This document shows, piece by piece, positions 1 through 6,067 of a stretch of DNA of 14,043 nt. Position 1 is the stretch's first letter; the number at the start of each line of letters is the position of its first letter. The stretch is from positions 1 through 14,043 of IMG/VR virus record IMGVR_UViG_3300038318_000230; one strand, 5' to 3'. Position numbers and translations under genes: made by a program. Under the pieces are notes generated by a model. The model was not told where the DNA came from. It saw only the letters and a program-made list of their open reading frames with translations, and did not search any database. The stretch comes from a virus.

Positions 1-99
1 TGGCGCATGAATTGGAAGCGACCTTATACGAAGTGCTTACAGGAGCCTTTACAGCAGCCCAGGCGACCATTAAAAAGAATTATGATGTAATACCCGCCG
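1..99. repeat. Terminal overlap, copy 1 (identical to 13945-14043); signature of a circular molecule or assembly
   Basis: A base-by-base comparison of 1-99 with 13945-14043 shows 99/99 identity. The repeat lies inside the parA coding sequence. Confidence 0.9.
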
Positions 100-614
100 A
101 CATACGATTAAGCGGCGCAGAGCTTGAATTAAGCAGCCAACCGGGGCGAGAAATGATATTAAAAGAAGCCTTGCAGCCAATACAAGCAAATTATGACTAT
201 ATTCTTATAGATTGCCCGCCAAGCTTAGGCCTTATTACTCTTAATGGTTTAACGGCAGCGCAAGAAATATTTATACCATTGCAAGCCGAGTTTTTAGCAC
301 TTAACGGCATGGCGCAGCTCTTAAAAACTATTGGCGCAGTACAAAAGAGATTGAACCCACAGTTAGATATTAGCGGCATTATAACAACCTTGTATGATAG
401 CCGGAAGAACTTAAACAAGGAAGTATTAGAGAAGATACAGCAGTATTTCCCGGATAAGGCATTTAAGACGCTAATACGCGACAATGTGGCCTTAGCAGAA
501 GCCCCAAGCTTTGGCAAAGATATATTTGAGTATAGGGCAGACAGCAACGGCGCGGAAGATTATAAGCAGCTTAGTAAAGAAATAATCATACAGGAAACGG
601 AGGTTAAACAATGA
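1..614 (+). CDS. parA: ParA/Soj-family partition ATPase, C-terminal part (continues from 13791-14043 across the circular junction)
   Basis: Position 12 equals 13956 in the repeat, and 13956-13791 is divisible by 3, so the frame is continuous. The first complete codon in the window starts at 3. The sequence includes ILIDCPPSLGLITLNGLTAA and the C-terminal ...AEAPSFGKDIFEY..., typical of Soj/ParA. The TGA stop is at 612-614. Full length across the junction is about 255 aa. Confidence 0.9.
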   Translation, partial: AHELEATLYEVLTGAFTAAQATIKKNYDVIPADIRLSGAELELSSQPGREMILKEALQPIQANYDYILIDCPPSLGLITLNGLTAAQEIFIPLQAEFLALNGMAQLLKTIGAVQKRLNPQLDISGIITTLYDSRKNLNKEVLEKIQQYFPDKAFKTLIRDNVALAEAPSFGKDIFEYRADSNGAEDYKQLSKEIIIQETEVKQ

Positions 615-937
615 GTAATAAGGATAATAGGAAAATGGGAACGGATCCGTTGGCCTGGATCAACCAAGAGCCGGAGCAGGCCGAGCCGGTAAAGCCAGAA
701 AAAGAGTTAAGACAAAAGCAAGGTAGGCCACGCACTATATACCGGGAGTATGAAAAGACAAGTCAAGAGGGTTTACCGGATAATTACACGCGAGCAACCT
801 TTATTGTAAGAGAGGACTTATTAAAAATGCTCAAAGATTACGCATACACCGAAAGAGAAACCTTGAAAGATACCGTTAATAAAATGATTGCTCAGTTTTT
901 AGAAGGCAAGGAGATCATAGAAAGGAATGATAAATAA
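611..937 (+). CDS. Small partition partner / centromere-binding protein candidate (ribbon-helix-helix-like, ParG/omega-like)
   Basis: Its ATG overlaps the parA stop (ATGA), suggesting translational coupling. It is 108 aa, with a charged, probably disordered N-terminus. The C-terminal TRATFIVREDLLKMLKDYAYTERETLKDTVNKMIAQFLEG fits a strand-helix-helix (RHH) pattern. Its position directly after parA is typical of type Ib partition loci. Confidence 0.55.
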   Translation: MSNKDNRKMGTDPLAWINQEPEQAEPVKPEKELRQKQGRPRTIYREYEKTSQEGLPDNYTRATFIVREDLLKMLKDYAYTERETLKDTVNKMIAQFLEGKEIIERNDK

Positions 938-1131
938 TGAAGCAGTTTGGTGACATTAGATTTTATGACGTGCAGGAAATAGCAAAAACCTTTGATATGA
1001 CACCACAGAGTATAAGGAAGTTTTTCAAGGAAGGCCGCATAAAAGCGCGCAAGTTTGGTACACGTTGGTATGTTACAGAAGAAGCCATGAGGGAATACCT
1101 TTTAGGCATTGATAATGATAATATGAAATAA
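937..1131 (+). CDS. Excisionase/AlpA/MerR-type helix-turn-helix DNA-binding protein
   Basis: 64 aa. FYDVQEIAKTFDMTPQSIRKFFKEGRIKARKFGTRWYVTEEAMREYL matches the Xis-type HTH pattern (LT..E.A..L.VS..TI....K.G.I.A.K.G..W.I....L..YL). Its start overlaps the upstream stop (TAATG). Confidence 0.7.
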   Translation: MKQFGDIRFYDVQEIAKTFDMTPQSIRKFFKEGRIKARKFGTRWYVTEEAMREYLLGIDNDNMK

Positions 1132-1132
1132 G

Positions 1133-1195
1133 ATGTTTACCACGTTTACAATGTTTATTGTGTTTACTAATATTACTATGTTTACTAATATTACT
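1133..1195 (+). repeat. Seven tandem 9-bp repeats (consensus ATGTTTACT); candidate centromere and/or operator array
   Basis: Units are 1133 atgtttacc, 1142 acgtttaca, 1151 atgtttatt, 1160 gtgtttact, 1169 aatattact, 1178 atgtttact and 1187 aatattact. The array lies between the par operon and the 517-aa gene. It overlaps promoter-like hexamers: TTTACA 1145-1150/N17/TAATAT 1168-1173, and TTTACT 1163-1168/N17/TAATAT 1186-1191. Confidence 0.8.
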
Positions 1196-1213
1196 TTGAA
1201 GGGGTGATAACAA

Positions 1214-2767
1214 ATGATTGACTACACCAAGCAGGAAGAAGAAGCCTTATTAGCCATTGAAGAAAAATACAGGCCGGAACTTGAAACGGTTATGGCAGAA
1301 ATGAATAAATACGATATGAAAACCCAATGGGACGAGTATTTAGCAGTTTCCGACCGTTTCAACGAGATTAACGAAAAGATACAAGCCGAGCGTGACGTAT
1401 ATTTCAAGCGGGCAGAGTTGAGATCCTTTAATAGCTTCAAGGGCGACGTTGGGCGCATTGTGGAAGCGGTAAAAAATCAGATACCGTCGTTTATTTATAT
1501 CTCCAAGGTATTCGCAGGAGATGAGCCGACGAAAAAAGAGAGAACTGAAAGGCAAAAGCGGATTGAGAGGGAAAAGGAAAATCTAAAGAAAGCCATAGAA
1601 CATAATGAGAAGCTATTAGAAAAATTCCCGGACGATCAAGAGCTTATAAAAAATACAAATGAGCTGAAAGAGTCAAACCCGGAGAAAGTTTTACAATTCC
1701 ATTATGACGCCATTTATTCAGAGCAGGCATTACACGAAAGAATAAAAGATAGCTTTGCCATGTACTTTGAGTTTTTATCAAAAGTAGATCCAAAGGCATA
1801 TGACGAGCTGCAAATATTCATTGGTAAGGCCATTAAAGCGCGCGACAATATAAAACCTTCAGACATAAACGCTAAAGAACTAAGCCCGGCGGCCATGATA
1901 AACACTAAGTACCCTGCAAACTTCTTAAGCCCAACGGACAAAGTAACAAGCCTTGCCTTTGCCGGAGAGCTTACAGGCGATCAATTACAACAGTTGGCAA
2001 TGGAACGCAGGGGCAGCAAGAAACAAATTACAACCCTTGCAAGTATTGATTTTGATAACCTTAACGGATCCGTACAAATAAAAGGCCGTCGAGAGCTTAC
2101 CGCCTATGATAGAGAGGTACACGACGCTATTATTACCCTTTTTATTGATGGCGGCAACGAGTACATAACCCCGCAAATGATATACCAGGTTATGACCGGA
2201 AACCCAGACGCATACCTTAACCCAAAGCAGGCCGAAGCGATCAGCGATAGTATAACCAAATGTATGTATAGCAAACTTACTATAGACGCAGGCGAGGAAG
2301 CCAAGGCATACGGCTTTGACAGTTTCAAGTATGACGGCAACCTTATAAGCGGCGAAAGAGTTACAGCAACCTTAAACGGAAATGTACTTGAATGTTTGCG
2401 CATATTAAGGCCGCCAGTTTTATATGAGTATGCTAATAAAAAGAACCAGATAGGACGCTTTGACATTAAGCTATTGAACAGCCCAATAAACAAGACCGAG
2501 GAAATTATAACGCTGCAAGGCTATTTATACCGCCGGATCCTATCCATGAAGGGCAGCAGCACCCTAAGCAAAACCATTGTTTATGATACAGTCTATAATC
2601 AGATTGAAGTAACGGCAGCAAGTGACGGAGCCTTAAGAAAGAAAAAGTCAAAGGTACGTGACCAAATAAAAAAGATATTGGACTACTGGAAGCAAGAAGA
2701 TTTTATATTGGGTTATGTAGAAAACAAACGCGGCCAAGTTGTTTACAGCGTTACCATAAGAGTATAA
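1214..2767 (+). CDS. Putative iteron-binding replication initiator (N-terminal coiled-coil region plus C-terminal winged-helix-like region); family not recognised
   Basis: 517-aa ORF with an AAGGGG ribbon-binding site about 8 nt upstream. Its stop codon (2765-2767) sits 3 nt before a 4x 22-bp iteron array. C-terminal segments (TAYDREVHDAIITLFIDGGNEYITPQMIYQVMTG and KVRDQIKKILDYWKQEDFILGYVENKRGQVVYSVTI) look like winged-helix DNA-binding units. The functional call rests on context. Confidence 0.45.
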   Translation: MIDYTKQEEEALLAIEEKYRPELETVMAEMNKYDMKTQWDEYLAVSDRFNEINEKIQAERDVYFKRAELRSFNSFKGDVGRIVEAVKNQIPSFIYISKVFAGDEPTKKERTERQKRIEREKENLKKAIEHNEKLLEKFPDDQELIKNTNELKESNPEKVLQFHYDAIYSEQALHERIKDSFAMYFEFLSKVDPKAYDELQIFIGKAIKARDNIKPSDINAKELSPAAMINTKYPANFLSPTDKVTSLAFAGELTGDQLQQLAMERRGSKKQITTLASIDFDNLNGSVQIKGRRELTAYDREVHDAIITLFIDGGNEYITPQMIYQVMTGNPDAYLNPKQAEAISDSITKCMYSKLTIDAGEEAKAYGFDSFKYDGNLISGERVTATLNGNVLECLRILRPPVLYEYANKKNQIGRFDIKLLNSPINKTEEIITLQGYLYRRILSMKGSSTLSKTIVYDTVYNQIEVTAASDGALRKKKSKVRDQIKKILDYWKQEDFILGYVENKRGQVVYSVTIRV

Positions 2768-2770
2768 CCG

Positions 2771-2867
2771 GGGGCATAAAGTGGTAACGGTAGGGGCATA
2801 AAGTGGTAACGGTAGGGGCATAAAGTGGTAACGGTAGGGGCATAAAGTGGTAACAAAGAAAGGGGCA
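2771..2867 (+). repeat. Iteron array: 22-bp direct repeat GGGGCATAAAGTGGTAACGGTA, 3 perfect copies plus an 18-nt fourth copy and a GGGGCA remnant; candidate origin of replication
   Basis: Copies are at 2771-2792, 2793-2814, 2815-2836 and 2837-2854 (truncated), with GGGGCA again at 2862-2867. The copies are contiguous with no spacers. The 22-bp period is about two helical turns. Confidence 0.85.
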
Positions 2868-2922
2868 AAAAATGCCAATAAACCCAGGCAGGACAAGCCT
2901 TCCAGAGTTTAGCAAAAAATCG

Positions 2923-2954
2923 TATAAGCTTTATAGGCTATATAAGCTTTATAG
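2923..2954 (+). repeat. Two copies of TATAAGCTTTATAG spaced 18 bp apart, in the origin-proximal AT-rich region
   Basis: 2923-2936 and 2941-2954 are identical. Each copy is centred on the palindrome AAGCTT. Confidence 0.7.
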
Positions 2955-2956
2955 CA

Positions 2957-3000
2957 GCGGTTGCGGCTTGCTTGACGCCGCCGCACCGCCTTAATATTAT
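2957..3000 (+). promoter_or_regulatory. GC-rich hairpin containing the -35 box of a putative promoter for the primase-helicase operon
   Basis: The stem GCGGTTGCGGC (2957-2967) pairs with GCCGCACCGC (2980-2989), leaving one bulged T. TTGACG at 2972-2977 lies in the loop. A 17-nt spacer precedes TATTAT at 2995-3000. Confidence 0.5.
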
Positions 3001-3058
3001 GGACTTAAGAAAAGAAAACTATACCCCCATGTGGGAACATTTTTAAGGAGTTGAGTTG

Positions 3059-4960
3059 ATGGAGCAATATAAAAATATTCCGGAGAGCCTAAAGCAGCTT
3101 AAGCAATGGGTATGCTTTAAGTTTGAACATAACGAAAAAAAGGGTAAGGCCGACAAGATACCAAAGGACCCGCGCACCGGCTATAATGCAAAGGCGAACG
3201 ATCCGGCGACATGGAGCGATTACCAAACGGCGGTTAATGCTTTGAGCAAATACGGCTTTGACGGTATAGGCATTGAGTTTGCAAACGGTATTTTTGGAGT
3301 TGATCTTGATAATGTTATTGAGGGCGGCAAACTTACAACAGAAGCCCAGGACATCATAAAGACATTGGACAGTTACACAGAATACAGCCCAAGCGGTACC
3401 GGCATACATATTTTATGTAAGGGATCCATACCGGACAAAGACAGGCGCAGGGGAAACGTTGAAATGTATTCCGAAGGGCGATTTTTCACAGTAACCGGGA
3501 AAGTTGTAGGAGCTGCAAAGGAAGTACAAGAAAGAACAGCCCAGGCCGCAGCCGTCCACGCCAAATATTTAAGGCGGGAAGAAGCACCAAAAGCGACTAA
3601 TCAGCCGCAGGATCTTAATATTTCAGATAGTGAACTTATTAGCAAGGCCATGAGTGCGAGAAACGGCGATATATTCCGGGCATTATGGAATGGCAATATA
3701 AGCGGTTATAATTCACAGAGTGAAGCAGATTTAGCCTTATGTAATTTGTTGGCGTACTGGACAAACGGCAATGCTTACCGCATGGACGCATTATTTAGAC
3801 AATCAGCATTATATAGAGAGGGCAAATGGAATAAAAGGCATGGAGCCGATACATACGGCAATATGACAATAAATAAGGCCTTAAGTGATTTTACCCCATA
3901 CGAAAGAACAGCCCCAGGCGCAGCAACGCCAGGAGCCGTACAAGGTAATACTTCAAATTCATTATACCAAAGCGGCCAGGATCCGCAAATAACATTGAAA
4001 GATAATTTAGTAAGCCAATATTTAGAAGATGTTTTTATAAAGGACATTGACAAGTTTAAGAGCTACAAAGACCGTAAGACAGGATTTAAGAACCTGGACG
4101 AATTAACCGGTGGCTTATATCCGGGGCTTTATATTATAGGAGCCATTAGCAGCTTAGGCAAAACAACCTTTATACACCAAATGGGCGACCAGTTGGCGGC
4201 TATGGGCGATCATGTATTATTTTTCAGCCTGGAACAAAACCGCCTTGAAATGGTTACAAAGAGCTTAAGCCGCATTACAGCAAGGAACAACAAAGAAAAG
4301 GCAATAAGCGCAATTAAAATTAGGGGCGGCAGATTAACGCCGGAGGTATTGGCAGCCGCAGAAGAATATAACAAGATAGCCGACCATATAAGCGTTATAG
4401 AGTGTAATTTTGATGTAAATATCTATTCCATAATTGATTATACAAAACAGTACATGACAGCAACAGGAACAAAGCCGGTTGTAATAGTGGACTATTTACA
4501 GATCATACCGCCGACGGATCCACGCCAAAGCGATAAAGAAAAAACAGATAATATTGTAAGAGGGCTTAAGAAGCTGCAAAGCGAGAATGATTTAGTTGTA
4601 TTTGTTATCAGCAGCTTAAACCGGGCTAACTATTTACAGCCTATTGATTTTGAAAGCTTTAAGGAAAGCGGCGGCATTGAATATACCGCAGACGTTGTAT
4701 GGGGCTTACAGCTGCAAATACTTAATGATGATATATTCAACGGAGAGAAGAAAATAAAAGAGAAGCGGGAAAAAGTACGCATTGCAAAGAAGGCCATACC
4801 GCGAGAGATTGAATTAGTATGCTTAAAAAACCGTTACGGCGTCAGCTCTTATTCATGTGGGTTTAAGTATGATCCACGCTTTGACCTATTCGAGCCGGAC
4901 ACCCTTTACCAAGTGGCCGAGGATTTTAATATTACTATTGGCGACGGTAAAAGGAAGTGA
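3059..4960 (+). CDS. Bifunctional primase-polymerase (Prim-Pol) / PriCT-like / DnaB-like (RecA-fold) helicase fusion
   Basis: The N-terminus has QWVCFKF...KIPKDPRTG...GIGIEF...GVDLDNV...YTEYSPSGTGIHILCKG...VEMYSEGRFFTVTG, a Prim-Pol/AEP pattern. The middle has SQSEADLALCNLLAYWTNGNAYRMDALFRQSALYREGKW, which is PriCT-like. The C-terminus has Walker A GAISSLGKTT, Walker B VVIVDYLQII and VFVISSLNR, which is DnaB_C-like. ATG 3059 lies 8 nt after AAGGAG (3045-3050); the ORF-track start of 3056 is a TTG. Confidence 0.85.
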   Translation: MEQYKNIPESLKQLKQWVCFKFEHNEKKGKADKIPKDPRTGYNAKANDPATWSDYQTAVNALSKYGFDGIGIEFANGIFGVDLDNVIEGGKLTTEAQDIIKTLDSYTEYSPSGTGIHILCKGSIPDKDRRRGNVEMYSEGRFFTVTGKVVGAAKEVQERTAQAAAVHAKYLRREEAPKATNQPQDLNISDSELISKAMSARNGDIFRALWNGNISGYNSQSEADLALCNLLAYWTNGNAYRMDALFRQSALYREGKWNKRHGADTYGNMTINKALSDFTPYERTAPGAATPGAVQGNTSNSLYQSGQDPQITLKDNLVSQYLEDVFIKDIDKFKSYKDRKTGFKNLDELTGGLYPGLYIIGAISSLGKTTFIHQMGDQLAAMGDHVLFFSLEQNRLEMVTKSLSRITARNNKEKAISAIKIRGGRLTPEVLAAAEEYNKIADHISVIECNFDVNIYSIIDYTKQYMTATGTKPVVIVDYLQIIPPTDPRQSDKEKTDNIVRGLKKLQSENDLVVFVISSLNRANYLQPIDFESFKESGGIEYTADVVWGLQLQILNDDIFNGEKKIKEKREKVRIAKKAIPREIELVCLKNRYGVSSYSCGFKYDPRFDLFEPDTLYQVAEDFNITIGDGKRK

Positions 4961-4964
4961 TTAG

Positions 4965-5498
4965 ATGGCCTTAGAAGCGTTAAAACAATATGCAGAGGAA
5001 CAAAACCAAGCGACGCGGGCAGAAATTGAAAGGTTGACAAAAACCGACGTTCTAAAACGGTCTACAAGCGACGAAAAGGGCAGGGGTAATATAAAACCCT
5101 TAGTAAGTAAAGAAAACGTCACAGAAGCCTTACAGGAGCGTTTAGCGGGTACTTATAAAGAACACCAGGAGAACATAAGACGAGCGGGGCAATTAAGGGC
5201 AAATATTAACAAAAACATACAAGCCGGGGAGCCAATTTATAAAGTATTACTCAAAGCTATTGAATGTATAAGCCTTATGACAGGGGAAAAGCTCTTTTAT
5301 GATATGAACAAAGAGAACCTACAAACCATATACGGCATATTAGGAGAGCCGGAAGTAATAGAGGTTGAAAGGCAGGAAGTAAAGCAAAGGTTAAAAAACC
5401 TTATGGCAGCTTATGAGCGAGAGGAACAGGCCGACGCAAAGCAAAGAATTAAGAACGCCATAAAAGCGCACCAGGACAAATTAGAGAAAATACAGTAA
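4965..5498 (+). CDS. Hypothetical protein, charged and probably coiled-coil
   Basis: 177-aa ORF located 4 nt after the primase-helicase stop, on the same strand and followed by a terminator. No recognisable motif. Confidence 0.6.
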   Translation: MALEALKQYAEEQNQATRAEIERLTKTDVLKRSTSDEKGRGNIKPLVSKENVTEALQERLAGTYKEHQENIRRAGQLRANINKNIQAGEPIYKVLLKAIECISLMTGEKLFYDMNKENLQTIYGILGEPEVIEVERQEVKQRLKNLMAAYEREEQADAKQRIKNAIKAHQDKLEKIQ

Positions 5499-5503
5499 GA
5501 ACG

Positions 5504-5536
5504 ACGCAGGGCATTAAAAGCCTTGCGTTTATTTTT
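5504..5536 (+). terminator. Rho-independent terminator
   Basis: ACGCAGGGC (5504-5512) pairs with GCCTTGCGT (5520-5528), with one G-U pair and a 7-nt loop. It is followed by TTTATTTTT. Confidence 0.7.
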
Positions 5537-5586
5537 ATTACTATGTTTACTTAGTAAATTATATAAACAAAGTAATTTTAGTAACC
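5525..5586. repeat. 9-bp-phased array of the GTTTAC/GTAAAC motif that switches orientation at about 5551
   Basis: Forward units are 5525 gcgtttatt, 5534 tttattact and 5543 atgtttact. Inverted, degenerate cores follow at 9-bp steps: GTAAAT 5554, ATAAAC 5563, GTAATT 5572 and GTAACC 5581. Further cores are ATAAAC 5592 and GTAAAC 5603 (11-bp steps). GTTTAC-tta-GTAAAT forms a local inverted repeat. Confidence 0.6.
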
Positions 5587-5597
5587 ACAAAATAAAC

Positions 5598-5626
5598 TTG
5601 ACGTAAACATTAAAGTATGATATATT
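5598..5626 (+). promoter_or_regulatory. Putative promoter of the csp-like/portal/capsid operon, with the 13-mer GTAAACATTAAAG (5603-5615) in its spacer
   Basis: TTGACG at 5598-5603, a 17-nt spacer, then TATATT at 5621-5626, preceded by TGa (extended -10). Confidence 0.6.
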
Positions 5627-5662
5627 TTAAGGTGAAAAGAACTATAAAAAGGAAGTGAAGAA

Positions 5663-5871
5663 ATGGAAAAGGGCAAAGGAATAGTTACAACAGTATTTCA
5701 AGATAAGGGCTTTGGATTTATCCGGCAGGATCCGACGGAACAGATATATATTTTCATGCAAGCGGGGTATGCAATCCGGAATTTAAGGACTTAAAGGAAG
5801 GTTACGAAGTGGAATACATGATAGTTGAGGTACCAAAGGGAACCAAGGCTATTGGCGTAGTAATGGTTTAA
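5663..5871 (+). pseudogene. Cold-shock-domain (CspA-family) gene interrupted by a frameshift in an (AT)4-T4 tract
   Basis: Frame A (5663-5794) gives MEKGKGIVTTVFQDKGFGFIRQDPTEQIYIF, then unrelated residues and a stop at 5792-5794. The -1 frame from 5752 gives FHASGVCNPEFKDLKEGYEVEYMIVEVPKGTKAIGVVMV, with its stop at 5869-5871. Joined, the two parts match the CSD pattern (KGFGFI...IFHAS...F..L.EG.EV.F....KG..A..V). Restoring one T in the T-run 5751-5754 gives an intact 69-aa CSD. The ribosome-binding site GGAAG is at 5651-5655. Confidence 0.75.
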
Positions 5872-5883
5872 GAAGGTGGAGCA

Positions 5884-6063
5884 ATGGAATACTCAACGAT
5901 TAAATTCAAAGATGGCGAAGTATTACATAACGTTAAGCCTTGTTATGAAGCCCCAGAGATATTAGGCTTTATAGCCGTATGGATAGACAACAAGGTATAT
6001 TACTTTAATTTAGACATTATCAGCCATTTAGTAATGAATGAAATGTACTTAGAACGGTGGTGA
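5884..6063 (+). CDS. Hypothetical small protein (59 aa; below the ORF-track cutoff)
   Basis: ATG 5884 is preceded by AAGGTGGAG (5872-5880), and the TGA stop is at 6061-6063. It fills the gap between the csp-like gene and the portal gene. The product is MEYSTIKFKDGEVLHNVKPCYEAPEILGFIAVWIDNKVYYFNLDIISHLVMNEMYLERW. Confidence 0.5.
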   Translation: MEYSTIKFKDGEVLHNVKPCYEAPEILGFIAVWIDNKVYYFNLDIISHLVMNEMYLERW

Positions 6064-6067
6064 AAGA

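Noticed and set aside
1-99. The 99-nt end repeat as a phage direct terminal repeat or LTR
   Set aside because: It lies in the middle of the parA coding sequence and restores that ORF in frame when the ends are joined. An HNH/terminase cos-type module does not predict direct terminal repeats. A circular-assembly overlap is the simpler explanation.
2771-2867. The 22-bp repeat array as a possible CRISPR array
   Set aside because: The repeats are directly contiguous with no spacers, and there are only about 4 copies. They sit between replication genes, which fits iterons and not CRISPR.
2872-2994. A 40-aa ORF (MPINPGRTSLPEFSKKSYKLYRLYKLYSSGCGLLDAAAPP) with an AAGGGG-like ribosome-binding site, inside the origin region
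   Set aside because: Its sequence is built from the 14-bp direct repeats and the GC hairpin, so the peptide is repetitive and low-complexity. It also overlaps the promoter of the next gene. The evidence is not enough to call it a gene.
5744-5755. Programmed -1 ribosomal frameshifting in the cold-shock-domain gene
   Set aside because: The site (A-TAT-ATT-TTC) is not a canonical X-XXY-YYZ slippery heptamer, and I see no obvious downstream stem-loop. A one-base homopolymer error or mutation is more parsimonious. It is kept as a possibility only within the finding.
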